A stretch of 64,000 nt of DNA. Origin: Parvularculaceae bacterium (lineage in GTDB: Bacteria; Pseudomonadota; Alphaproteobacteria; Caulobacterales; Parvularculaceae). A program made the translations under genes and the position numbers. Under the pieces are notes generated by a model. The model did not search any database. It was not told the DNA's origin and saw only the letters and a program-made list of their open reading frames with translations. Where the stretch lies: positions 5,965-69,964 of the forward strand of contig JBJXFO010000138.1 in assembly GCA_046154725.1 (NCBI GenBank), written 5' to 3'. Every line of letters begins with the position of its first letter. The stretch's first letter is position 1. Of the stretch, positions 55,465 to 64,000 are shown one piece after another.

Positions 55465-58400
55465 TCACTCGGCCGCGCGCGGCCAGGGTCGCTTTGCATC
55501 ATTGGCGGGCGGCGCGTGCTGGGGCGATGCGGCAGTGCGCGGGCGAAGACGCGTCAACAACATTTTACCGCGCGCGGCTATAGCAGGCGCGCGGGCGCCG
55601 ACGACGGCCGGCGCCGCCAGCAGGACCGGCGTTAAAATCAGCGTGAGCAGGGTTGAGAACGTCAGGCCATAAACGACCGCCGACGACAGCAGGACCCACC
55701 AGTCCGATGTCGTCGAGCCGCGCGAGATCGAGCCGGCGCCGAAATCCACATTCAGCTCAAAGACCATCGGCAACAAGCCAAGGATCGTAGTTCCTGTTGT
55801 CAGCAGAACGGGACGCACCCGCTGCACGGCGGTTCTGAGCGCTGCGTCTTTGACGCCAAGCCCCTTGCGCCGCAAAAACTGATAGGTGTCGATGAAGATG
55901 ATGTTGTTGTTCACGACGATGCCGGCGAGCGCGACGATGCCGACGCCGCTCATGATCACGCTGATGTACTGGCCGGAGAGCGCAATCCCGAGAAAGACCC
56001 CGAAAACCGAGAAAAAGACGGCCGTCAGGACAAGCCCCGCATGATAAAAATTATTGAACTGCAACAGCAAGATCATGGCGATCATGAATAGCGCCGCAGC
56101 CATGGCCCCGATGAAAAAGCTTGCGGCCGCGTTCGTTTCCTCATTGGCGCCGCGAATGATCCAGTCGACGCCTTCGCCAAGTGCGCCAGAGTTCAACCAA
56201 GCCTTCATCTCACCGATCGCAACATCCTGACCGACGGCGCGCCCGTCAACGCGGGTGTTGGCGTTGGCTTTGACATCGATGACGCGGCGTCCGTCGCGCC
56301 GGACCACGCGATCAACCTGCGGCTTGGCCTCGCGCTTTACAAAGTTCGAGAGCGGCACTGTTCCGCCTGCGGTCGCGATTCCAATGCGGTCGAGCGCCAG
56401 AATTGACCTGTCTTCTTCGGGAAAGCGAATGCGGATGTCGACCTCCTCGTCGGCGTCGTCAGGCCGGTATTTGTCAACCAGCAATCCATTGGTCACGAGC
56501 TGCAGCATTGCGCCGGCTTCCTGCACCGAAAGCCCGTAGCGGCCCGCGAGCGCGCGATCGATTTCCATCGACCATTCAATGCCCGGCAGCGGCAGGCTGT
56601 CTTCCTGATCCATGAAGGTCGAAACCTCGCGGCCGTCGATCACGACGCGATCGGCATCCATGAACGCGCGGACTTTCTTTGCCGCGCCAAGCATGGCGTC
56701 GAAAGATGGCGCAGCAATTTCAACTTGCACGTCCTTGCCGATCGGCGGTCCGCCTTCACGTTGCCGCACCTCGACAACGACGCCGGGCACCTCGCCGATC
56801 CGGTCGCGGTAAAGATCGGTCAGCACGCGCGAGTTCTGACGTTCGGAATAGGGGATGAGATTAATGCCGACGATGCCCACCGTTTCCGCCGGCAGATCGT
56901 TGGAGCGCGCGAGGCCCGGTCCGGTTTGCAGATAGAGGCTTTCGATGGCTTCATGTCCTTCAACGCGGGCAGCAACCTCTTTGACCGCGGCGAATTTCTC
57001 CGCCGCCGACATATTGCCGCGCGCGAGCACAAGCACGTTGACATCTTCGCTGTCGTTTTTGAGGAAGAACTCGACGTCCGGAGACGCGAGGCGAAATTCG
57101 TTGAAACACACGATCAAAACCGCGGCGGTTGCAAGCATCGCTAGAAGCGGCTTTTCAATCAGCGCTTTCAGGAAATGCGCATAGCGCCCCGGAAAGCCGC
57201 CGAGCGTTAGCGGATCGATTTCGTCGCTGTCGATGCGCGCCGCAGCGCCAGTCTTTCCCTTTATGTTAAAGCGCCGCTTGAAGCTTTCGGGCAGCGCGGC
57301 GACAGCGCCAAGCGCCGGCAAAAAGATCAAAGCGACAATCAGCGACGACGACAAAACGAAGATCAGCGTGATCGGCAGATATTTCATGAACTCGCCGGCA
57401 ATGTCATTCCAGAACAGGAACGGCACGAACGCCGCGAGCGTTGTCGCCGTCGATGTCGTGACAGGCCAGAACATGCGTTTGGCGGCCTCACGATAGGCGT
57501 CACGCCGGCTCGCGCCCTCAAGCATGCGCCGGTCGGCGTATTCGACAATGACGATCGCGTTATCAACGAGCATGCCAACCGCGAGGATGAGGCCGAACAT
57601 CACCATCAGGTTCAGCGTGTAGCCGGACGCGGCGAGCAGCAGAAAGCTCATAAGGAAGGACGCCGGTATCGAAACCCCGACCATCAGCGCCGATCGCAAT
57701 CCAAGCGCGGCAACAATAACGATCATCACAAGAAAGACCGCCGTCAGCACAGATGACGTCAGGCCCGCAAGGTTGTCGCGCACGTTGACAGACGCGTCGC
57801 GCAAAAACTCATAGCGAACGGAGCCTGGCCAAAACGCGGCGTCGTCGCGAATGATCTTTTGCGCCGCCTCGATCGTTTCAATGATGTTGGCGCCCGCCCG
57901 TTTGGTGATTTCCACGCCGATGGCGGGCCGCCCGTTGAACAGCGCAAAGCCTTGCCGGTCGGCGAATGTACGCCGGATTTCAGCAAGATCGCCAACCGTA
58001 ACGACGCGGTCGCCATTGACCCGGACAGGAATGTCCGCAACGTCTTTTGCTGTTTTGATCAGCCCCGGCGCCTTGACCTGGAAGCGGCCGTCGGCGAAAT
58101 CGGCGGCGCCCGCCGTTACAAGCTGGTTGTTCGCCGTAACGGCGCCAACGACTTCGGCAGCCGTCAGGCCATAAGACTGCAACGTCTCGGGGCGGACAAT
58201 CACTTCCAGCAATTCCTCGCGTGCGCCAACGAGGCGCGCTTCGAGAACGCCATTGACGCCGCGCAACTGGTCTTCGAGCCGCTTTGCAATCCGATAAATC
58301 GCGCGCTCGGGCGCGTCGCCAGAAATGATCGTCGTCAGGATCGGGAATTCATTTTGAAGATTGAATTCCGAGACTATCGGCTCCTCGGCGTTGGACGGGT

Positions 58401-58758
58401 ATTCAGCTTTGGCGCGATCGACAGCCTCGCGCACGTCAAGCACGGCCTGATCGACGTCAATCGTCGTTGCAAACTCAAGCGTGATCTGCGCCGCGCCGTC
58501 ATAGGCAAGGCTGTACATCTCGACGAGGCCTTCGACCGACTGAAGTTCAAGCTCTGTCGGGCGCACCAGCAGGCGCTCGCCGTCTTCCGGTGAAACGCCC
58601 GGAAGCGGCAGGGTGACGAGAACGAAGGGGGCCGGAATGTCCGGCTCTGCTTCGCGCGGCACATTGAGGTAAGATACAGCGCCGAAAATCGTCACGACCA
58701 GCAAGGCCGTCAGCACAACGCGAATGCGTGAAAATGCGGCGTCGATCAATCCGGTCAT
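55465..58758 (-). CDS. RND efflux transporter permease (AcrB/HAE1-type)
   Basis: 1097-aa ORF with the 12-TM plus two large periplasmic loops architecture and typical blocks (VDNAIVIVE.., LPITLIFVLSSSL, VVNNNIIFIDTY). Confidence 0.95.
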   Translation of the reverse strand: MTGLIDAAFSRIRVVLTALLVVTIFGAVSYLNVPREAEPDIPAPFVLVTLPLPGVSPEDGERLLVRPTELELQSVEGLVEMYSLAYDGAAQITLEFATTIDVDQAVLDVREAVDRAKAEYPSNAEEPIVSEFNLQNEFPILTTIISGDAPERAIYRIAKRLEDQLRGVNGVLEARLVGAREELLEVIVRPETLQSYGLTAAEVVGAVTANNQLVTAGAADFADGRFQVKAPGLIKTAKDVADIPVRVNGDRVVTVGDLAEIRRTFADRQGFALFNGRPAIGVEITKRAGANIIETIEAAQKIIRDDAAFWPGSVRYEFLRDASVNVRDNLAGLTSSVLTAVFLVMIVIVAALGLRSALMVGVSIPASFLMSFLLLAASGYTLNLMVMFGLILAVGMLVDNAIVIVEYADRRMLEGASRRDAYREAAKRMFWPVTTSTATTLAAFVPFLFWNDIAGEFMKYLPITLIFVLSSSLIVALIFLPALGAVAALPESFKRRFNIKGKTGAAARIDSDEIDPLTLGGFPGRYAHFLKALIEKPLLAMLATAAVLIVCFNEFRLASPDVEFFLKNDSEDVNVLVLARGNMSAAEKFAAVKEVAARVEGHEAIESLYLQTGPGLARSNDLPAETVGIVGINLIPYSERQNSRVLTDLYRDRIGEVPGVVVEVRQREGGPPIGKDVQVEIAAPSFDAMLGAAKKVRAFMDADRVVIDGREVSTFMDQEDSLPLPGIEWSMEIDRALAGRYGLSVQEAGAMLQLVTNGLLVDKYRPDDADEEVDIRIRFPEEDRSILALDRIGIATAGGTVPLSNFVKREAKPQVDRVVRRDGRRVIDVKANANTRVDGRAVGQDVAIGEMKAWLNSGALGEGVDWIIRGANEETNAAASFFIGAMAAALFMIAMILLLQFNNFYHAGLVLTAVFFSVFGVFLGIALSGQYISVIMSGVGIVALAGIVVNNNIIFIDTYQFLRRKGLGVKDAALRTAVQRVRPVLLTTGTTILGLLPMVFELNVDFGAGSISRGSTTSDWWVLLSSAVVYGLTFSTLLTLILTPVLLAAPAVVGARAPAIAARGKMLLTRLRPRTAASPQHAPPANDAKRPWPRAAE

Positions 58759-59825
58759 GGCGCAGCGCTCGCGCTCGCCGCTGTCACTATGTCGCCGTCG
58801 CGCGCATAGTCCTGGCCGCGAACGATGAGGCGAACAGCGCCGTCAAGGCCGGCAATCCAGATGCCGTCCGGCTCCTCGCCGACAATGCTGACAGGGTGGA
58901 AGCGCGCACGATTGTCACGTTCGATGACCTTCACGCCGAGGCGGCCCGCGTCGTCGAGCGTTAGCGCGGACCGCGGCGCCTTGTGCGCGGCGCGCGGGCT
59001 GCCCCGCACCGTGACATCGGCAGTAACGCCATCGCGAAGTTTGGCCTCATCGTTCGGAACTTCGATTTCAAGTTCAAAGCTGCGCGTTGATGGATCAGCG
59101 GCCGCCGCAACAAAGCGAACAACCCCTTCCAGCGTCTCGCCGGTTGCAAGACGCGCCGACGCGCGGTCGCCGGCTTTCACCAGCGCAACATCTTTCTCGG
59201 CAACCGCGCCAACGATCAGAAACGGCGTCGCCTTCATCACGGTCCCGCACGGATCGCCCGGCTTGAGGAGATCGCCGACATCCGCATCGCGGCTGTCGAA
59301 AACGCCGTCAAACGGCGCGCGGATGGTCGTTTTTTCGAGGTCGATTGCGGCGCGGTCGGCATTTGCGCGCGCCTGGTCGCGCGCCGCTTTAATGCCGGCA
59401 AGACCCGCCTCAGATATGAATCCCTCAGCCGCGAGCGCGACCGCGGCGTCATAGTCGATCGCTGCTTTGCGCAGCGCTGCATTGGCCTCTCGTTGCGCTG
59501 CATCGCGCGCCTCGACCCCCAGACGGCAAAGCGGGTCGCCTTGCCGAACAAGCGCTCCCAACGCGACAGGCGTTGCGACGACAACGCCCGACGCATCAGC
59601 GCGCACAACAACCTTTTGGTCAGCCTTGGTGCGGCCGCGCACAACCAGCGACCCCGCGCGCGCCGCCGGCTGCACGTCGAGCGCGACCACCGACAGCGCC
59701 GCTGCCGCCGCCGGCGCGGGCTGTTTGTCACCCCCGCCCATTCTGAAGGCGCTGCGAACAGCGAAATAGGCAGCGGTCGCCATGACAATCGCCAAGGCCG
59801 TCTTCACTGACGACGACATGCGCAT
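58755..59825 (-). CDS. RND efflux periplasmic adaptor (membrane fusion protein)
   Basis: 356-aa ORF with an N-terminal anchor and lipoyl/hairpin/beta-barrel pattern (..IRAPFDGVF....DVGDLLKPGDP). Its stop overlaps the permease start. Confidence 0.9.
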   Translation of the reverse strand: MRMSSSVKTALAIVMATAAYFAVRSAFRMGGGDKQPAPAAAAALSVVALDVQPAARAGSLVVRGRTKADQKVVVRADASGVVVATPVALGALVRQGDPLCRLGVEARDAAQREANAALRKAAIDYDAAVALAAEGFISEAGLAGIKAARDQARANADRAAIDLEKTTIRAPFDGVFDSRDADVGDLLKPGDPCGTVMKATPFLIVGAVAEKDVALVKAGDRASARLATGETLEGVVRFVAAAADPSTRSFELEIEVPNDEAKLRDGVTADVTVRGSPRAAHKAPRSALTLDDAGRLGVKVIERDNRARFHPVSIVGEEPDGIWIAGLDGAVRLIVRGQDYARDGDIVTAASASAAP

Positions 59826-59912
59826 AGTCTGTCCTGCGCCGGATCGCGCGCCGGCGGACGCTATTAGGTGCCGACGGAACGCAATCGCGTTCCCGTCATC
59901 GCTATAGGTTAT

Positions 59913-59928
59913 TAAACTAAATAGTTTA
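59913..59928. promoter_or_regulatory. operator-like palindrome upstream of the RND operon
   Basis: TAAACTA-AA-TAGTTTA has perfect 7-nt arms, sits in an AT-rich patch 88-103 nt upstream of the adaptor ATG, and overlaps a possible TGTAAA-N18-TATAGC promoter on the minus strand. A second inverted repeat, GGAACGC-AATC-GCGTTCC, lies at 59876-59893. Confidence 0.3.
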
Positions 59929-59931
59929 CAG

Positions 59932-59970
59932 AAAAAACCGGAAACAGCTGCGACACGAAAACCTGTCCGG
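59932..59970 (-). terminator. intrinsic terminator after the tyrosine-kinase gene
   Basis: The minus strand reads CCGGACAGG..CTGTTTCCGG followed by TTTTTT, giving an 8-bp stem with a 2-nt bulge. Confidence 0.5.
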
Positions 59971-60015
59971 GAAAGGCGCAGGTCCCGGTCGAGACTGCCC
60001 GCTCACCCGGCCCGA

Positions 60016-60846
60016 TCAATAGTATTGCGCGCCAATCATCGCTTCGGGCGGTGCTTTATTGAGCACCGTGCCGACAACGTTAGTGCCGTTGAGAAGGCGG
60101 ATCGCCTCGCGAATTTCGGGCTCGCGCGACTGCCCGCTGGCCACGACCAGCAAAGCGCAGTCAACTTTTGGCAGGAAAGCAATGGTGTCGTCGCAGCCCA
60201 GCATTGGCGACATGTCGAAGATTACGACGCGCGAGCCATAGTCATTGACGGTGCGCGCGATCAGTTCGTCCGTTTTCGCAGACGTCAGATGCTCGGCGCC
60301 GCGCCGTGAAACGCGCTCATTGGCGAGCAGCAAAACGTCGGGAAGGTCGGGCTTGACCGTCACCTCGGCCAAGCTCGCCGCGCCTTCAAAAAAATCGACA
60401 ATCGAAGGGGGCTCAGCGACACCCAGATAAGCGGCGACACGCGGTCGATAAAAGTCGAGATCGACAAGTGTCGCCCGCGAGCCCTGTTTTGAGCCGATGG
60501 CGATCGCGAGATTGATTGCAGTGACCGACTTGCCCGCAGCCGATCCTGGCGAGACAACAGCGAGTGTGCGCCACTTGTTCTCCTCCATCTTCTGAAGAAC
60601 GCGCGTTCTGAGAACGCGATAGGCGTTCAGGACCGGATCCTGCTCATTCGAGATGATCCGGTGCTCGGCAAAGCGGTCAAAATCGCAAGACACTTCGCGG
60701 AATGATTCCGCTGCGCGCGCTGGCGAATGCTGGAAGCGCGAGGCTAACCCCGCGCCTGCCCCAGTGCTGGCCGGCGTCGATGACGCGGCCTTTGCCTGGC
60801 CGCGTTCGTTGCGCGCCTTGGTGACTGCGTCTCTGATACGATCCAT
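60016..60846 (-). CDS. BY-kinase-type P-loop ATPase (exopolysaccharide tyrosine autokinase, EpsG/CapB-like)
   Basis: Walker A VSPGSAAGKSVTAINLA, Walker A' LVDLDFYRP and Walker B VVIFDMSP. The C-terminus ends ..GAQYY, with only two Tyr residues. Confidence 0.8.
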   Translation of the reverse strand: MDRIRDAVTKARNERGQAKAASSTPASTGAGAGLASRFQHSPARAAESFREVSCDFDRFAEHRIISNEQDPVLNAYRVLRTRVLQKMEENKWRTLAVVSPGSAAGKSVTAINLAIAIGSKQGSRATLVDLDFYRPRVAAYLGVAEPPSIVDFFEGAASLAEVTVKPDLPDVLLLANERVSRRGAEHLTSAKTDELIARTVNDYGSRVVIFDMSPMLGCDDTIAFLPKVDCALLVVASGQSREPEIREAIRLLNGTNVVGTVLNKAPPEAMIGAQYY

Positions 60847-60868
60847 AATCGGTGCTTTCGCGGCTCAT

Positions 60869-62485
60869 TCAGGCAGGTTTTGCGCGCCACGAACGCGGCG
60901 CGGAAAATCTCCGCTCCTTGCCTGTGTCGATATAGGGAATGACCGCAATCGGCGGCTCTTTGGCAATCGCTTCAAGGTGGCGGCGCCCCCTGAGGCTTGC
61001 AAGCGTAATCTCCGCGGCCGCAGCGCACGCGCCGCCGATCCCCAAGGCGGCGGCGATCAGCAAAATCGCCAATTGCCCGCGCTTGGGGCTGGTCGGCTTG
61101 TCCGGCCGCTGGGCAGCCTCGAGGATGCTGAATTTCTCAGCTTTCTGTTCGCCTTCAAGATTGGCCGACAGGACAGCGGCCGACTGCTTGTCGCGCAGCG
61201 TCTGATATTCGGTTGTGATGTTTTGATAGTCGCGCGTCAAAACGGAGAGACCGCGTTCGACAATTGGCGTCCGCGCGATCCGCCCTTGCATGTCGGTAAT
61301 CGTTTTTCGCAGGGAAACGATCTGATCCTCGAACGATGCGAGGCGGCTTGCGGTCGTGTCCATGCGGCCCTGCAACTGCGTCGTCACGAGGTCCGCAGTC
61401 CCGGCAGCGGCCTCGCGGGCGATCTGCGCACTCAGTTTTTCCCTCGCCTCGGCGGCGCCGGCGCGGCGCTCATTAAGGATCGCCTCGTCAACCGGATCGG
61501 CGGCGCGCGCGTCGCGCAGCGCAGCGTCGGCCGCCGCGAGATCGCTGCGGAGTTTCTGGACGGCGCTGCTGGGCGCCAGCTGGCGCTCAAGCGCGCGGAT
61601 CTGGTCGCGGACTGCGCGCACATCGGGATGGGAATCCGTTTTATCGGCGCGCAGCGCAGACAGCTGTGTCTTGAGCCTTAGCAACTCTTGCGCTGGACCT
61701 TCCGAACCGCCCGCCCCCGCAAGATACGTTGCGATCTGCGTCTGCAGCGCTGTCAGTTCTTCTTCGGCCAGCTTTACGCCAGCCTCGGCGCGCGCCAGTT
61801 CTTCTTGCGAACGGATCAGCGTATCCCGGTGCAGATCGACGTTTTCAGGCAGCGCGTCAGCGTTCTCGGACTTATAAGTCGCGATGCGTTCATCCATCTG
61901 GTCGATAAGCTCGCCAAGGCGGCGCGTTTCCTGGGAAAAGAATTCCGTTGCCGTCGAAGCGCCCTCCGTTCGGGTCCTGACATCTTCGCTGAGGAAGAGG
62001 GTCATGAATTCATTGGCGACCTTGAACGCCTTGTCAGGGGACCGGTCGGCGTAAGCGACGGTAAAGGCGATCGTGTTGTCGGTTGCGTTACGGGTGCGGC
62101 GCTTTGCCGGAGACGCTGACCCCGAGATGATATCGACGTCGAACGCGTCCCGCATGCGCTGTACACGTTCGCTTTCGGTCAGGCCGAGATTCTTTGGAAA
62201 CAGCTCGTATTTCTCGGCCACTTCAAGCAGGCGGTTGCGGGTCAGGACGCGCTGGCCAATCGTCTGGATCCGCTCCTCCGCATACGCATTGACCGTCGTT
62301 TTGATCCACTCTTCAGGGATCTGCTGGGATTCGATCAGAATTTTGCCGCGCGCTTCATACATCGGCGGCAATAACATGATTGCAATCATGCCTGCGGGGA
62401 CAACGACCAGAATCGGGGCCAGGAAATAAACAAGCCGCCGCTTCAGGATGATCAGGATGTCCTCAAGGGCGAAGTCGTCATTCAT
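60869..62485 (-). CDS. polysaccharide chain-length determinant / co-polymerase (GumC/EpsF/Wzz-type)
   Basis: An N-terminal Wzz motif and TM helix (LIILKRRLVYFLAPILVVVPAGMIAIMLLPPMYEA), a long coiled-coil periplasmic region, and a second TM helix (LAILLIAAALGIGGACAAAA). Confidence 0.8.
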   Translation of the reverse strand: MNDDFALEDILIILKRRLVYFLAPILVVVPAGMIAIMLLPPMYEARGKILIESQQIPEEWIKTTVNAYAEERIQTIGQRVLTRNRLLEVAEKYELFPKNLGLTESERVQRMRDAFDVDIISGSASPAKRRTRNATDNTIAFTVAYADRSPDKAFKVANEFMTLFLSEDVRTRTEGASTATEFFSQETRRLGELIDQMDERIATYKSENADALPENVDLHRDTLIRSQEELARAEAGVKLAEEELTALQTQIATYLAGAGGSEGPAQELLRLKTQLSALRADKTDSHPDVRAVRDQIRALERQLAPSSAVQKLRSDLAAADAALRDARAADPVDEAILNERRAGAAEAREKLSAQIAREAAAGTADLVTTQLQGRMDTTASRLASFEDQIVSLRKTITDMQGRIARTPIVERGLSVLTRDYQNITTEYQTLRDKQSAAVLSANLEGEQKAEKFSILEAAQRPDKPTSPKRGQLAILLIAAALGIGGACAAAAEITLASLRGRRHLEAIAKEPPIAVIPYIDTGKERRFSAPRSWRAKPA

Positions 62486-62632
62486 GAATGATGCTCGTGG
62501 CCGCGGCCGTTACAAACCCTTGCCTCCGGACCACAATTGGCCGGACGCATCGGCGACTGCAGCAAGATAGGCGCCGCGTGACCGAGGTCAAAGCCCTATA
62601 TTAACCGGCCGGCGGCTAATTCGGCTTCTCAT

Positions 62633-62661
62633 TAAAGAAATCGGCCCCGCAAAGGGAGCCG
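62633..62661 (-). terminator. terminator candidate after the CTERM-sorting-signal gene
   Basis: The minus strand reads CGGCUCCC-UUUG-CGGGGCCG (a 7-bp stem including one G-U pair) followed by AUUUCUUU. Confidence 0.35.
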
Positions 62662-62690
62662 GGATCTCAGTCGTTGTCAGTCGATGAAGT

Positions 62691-63365
62691 CTACGAGGCC
62701 TTCCGGCGGCTCGCCGCGAAGCCAAGGCCCGCAAGACCGGAAAGCAATAACGGGAGGGCCCCGGGAACGGGAACGTCCGAGATTTCGGCGACAAAGAACT
62801 TCGCATTGTCGCCCTGACCGCGGACGAATTCGAACCGGATCCAGTCAACCAGCCCGAAATCGCGGCCCGTCGCGTCTGCAAACGACAGCAGCATCGACGA
62901 AATGACGCCAGCAAGGCTCGTCGAAACATTCAGAAGCAAGGCCGAGCCATCGAGCGAGGAAAAGCGGCCGTTAAAGGACAGGCGCCTGATCTGGAACGGC
63001 GCATCGACAAAATCGATCCGAACGAACTCGCCATGCGCTACGGTGTCATCAACAGTCGCCGCGCACGTCAAAAGGCTATCCAAAGACGAACACACGCCAA
63101 GACCGGCCGCGCGGCCGCGCGAGCCCGCCATCGCTGCTTCGCCTGCATTAAAATAGGCAAAATCCGAGGCAGACGCGCCGCGGCCGCCGCTCAGGCGAAG
63201 ATTAAGCCCGCCAAGATCGGCGGTGTTCAGAACAGCCGCGTCGGCAATGCCGCGCTCGCTGCCAGTATTGGCTTCGTCATCGAAGCTGATCACGACTGCG
63301 CCGGCAGAGCCCGCGCTGAAAAATATTGCAGCTGCCAAGCCCGCAAGAAACGCCTTCATACGCAA
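62691..63365 (-). CDS. secreted protein with VPLPA-CTERM / PEP-CTERM-type C-terminal sorting signal
   Basis: An N-terminal signal peptide (MRMKAFLAGLAAAIFFSAGSAGA). The C-terminus is VPVPGALPLLLSGLAGLGFAASRRKAS, which has the motif, hydrophobic helix and basic cluster that define the exosortase-type sorting domain. Confidence 0.7.
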   Translation of the reverse strand: MRMKAFLAGLAAAIFFSAGSAGAVVISFDDEANTGSERGIADAAVLNTADLGGLNLRLSGGRGASASDFAYFNAGEAAMAGSRGRAAGLGVCSSLDSLLTCAATVDDTVAHGEFVRIDFVDAPFQIRRLSFNGRFSSLDGSALLLNVSTSLAGVISSMLLSFADATGRDFGLVDWIRFEFVRGQGDNAKFFVAEISDVPVPGALPLLLSGLAGLGFAASRRKAS

Positions 63366-63473
63366 ACCCCAAACTGGTTACAAACTTCAAGCTCGATGCA
63401 GACGGCGCATTTCGCAGTTGCACAATAAATGCGACAGGCGGCATCTCGAGTCAATTGAAAACAAGGGTTTAAC

Positions 63474-63488
63474 CATGAAATTTTCATG
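63474..63488. promoter_or_regulatory. perfect palindrome upstream of the CTERM-protein gene
   Basis: CATGAAA-T-TTTCATG lies about 20 nt upstream of a candidate TTGACT-N18-ATTTAT promoter (63454-63425, minus strand). Confidence 0.3.
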
Positions 63489-63857
63489 ATTGTGCCTCTT
63501 GGTTCGGACTCGGTCGCGAAGAAACTTCGACGCCGGCGGCCGCTAAGCCTCTTGCGTGACAGGGGCGTAAGATCCCCGGCTTCCACAACCGGCTTGTCAA
63601 AAACCGCGATACTTCGCGCCTGTAGCGCTGGTGCATCAACTGATGGTGGCAATTGAGCGTTGTGACAGTTGGTGTGCCGGGCACAAGCCTCAGTGTGTGC
63701 ACGATGCTCGAAACGTCGCGTCTGCGACGCACCGTTCGATTGGCTCGTTCCTTGCTGTCGCTGGCGGGCGGTTTACTATCGGCGGAGAAACCGCGTGCCG
63801 ACGCTGCAACGGGCTCCTTTCAGCTTGCCCAATTTCAGGAAACGGACCGAACCAGTC

Positions 63858-64000
63858 GTGGTCAAAGCCAGCGCCCAGATCGATTTGGCGCCTGAAAACG
63901 CGGCATCCGCCGTCGCGACCTTGCGTGCGCCGGACGATTTTGACCGCGATGTCTGGTCCGTCCTTGGCATTCCGGTCGATGCGCTAAGCGCGTCCGGCGC
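63858..64000 (+). CDS. 5' end of a gene running off the window, possibly a WecB/TagA/CpsF-type glycosyltransferase
   Basis: The frame is open from 63666 to the window end. From GTG 63858 it reads VVKASAQIDLAPENAASAVATLRAPDDFDRDVWSVLGIPVDALSASG. The ..R.V..VLG.PVD.L.. pattern resembles GT26 N-termini. The fragment is too short to be sure, and both the start and the family are tentative. Confidence 0.3.
   Translation, partial: MVKASAQIDLAPENAASAVATLRAPDDFDRDVWSVLGIPVDALSASG

Noticed and set aside
60653-61681. 342-aa ORF antisense to the chain-length determinant / kinase genes
   Set aside because: Shadow ORF with Arg-rich composition that spans two real minus-strand genes.
1-64000. Search for CRISPR arrays, IS elements/transposases, integrases, prophage genes, toxin-antitoxin pairs, rRNA or additional tRNA genes
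   Set aside because: No regularly spaced direct repeats, no transposase/integrase-like ORFs and no small adjacent TA-like ORF pairs were seen. Only one tRNA-like cloverleaf was found (1986-2060). The scan was by eye only, so short or degenerate elements could have been missed.

Overview
High-GC (about 63-68% by eye) chromosomal segment of an alphaproteobacterium. The taxon call rests on cpdR, a ROSE-type leader on an hsp20 gene, and the ybgC-tolQRAB-pal-ybgF-tilS-ftsH-folP-glmM backbone. Almost the whole window is coding and most of it is housekeeping: the Tol-Pal cluster, tilS, ftsH, folP, glmM, gltX, nadE, hisN, suhB and one tRNA-Val(GAC). I saw no CRISPR array, IS element, integrase, prophage or rRNA. 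No obvious multi-gene defence or secretion system is present, so the candidates below are leads rather than demonstrated novel systems. (1) A single, clearly lower-GC gene (29876-31093) encodes an AAA+/STAND-like ATPase with a C-terminal winged helix, preceded by a 37-nt near-perfect AT-rich palindrome. (2) Two insertions interrupt the normally contiguous ftsH-folP-glmM block: a subclass B3 metallo-beta-lactamase lipoprotein translationally coupled to folP, and a GT2 / methyltransferase / large GT-C-like membrane protein module. (3) A nearly gap-free eight-gene minus-strand operon (40355-46827) combines an R-specific, split MFE-2-type beta-oxidation set with OsmC, an alkyltransferase-like (Cys->Trp) protein and a DJ-1/PfpI protein. 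(4) A methyltransferase-SCP2-alpha/beta hydrolase operon has overlapping junctions, and the hydrolase N-terminus has no canonical start codon (candidate ATA start with a good SD). (5) A VPLPA/PEP-CTERM-type sorting-signal protein lies next to a chain-length determinant and a BY-kinase, with no exosortase in the window. Start codons were refined by hand from the ORF track and several remain uncertain. All family calls come from motif recognition by eye, not database searches.
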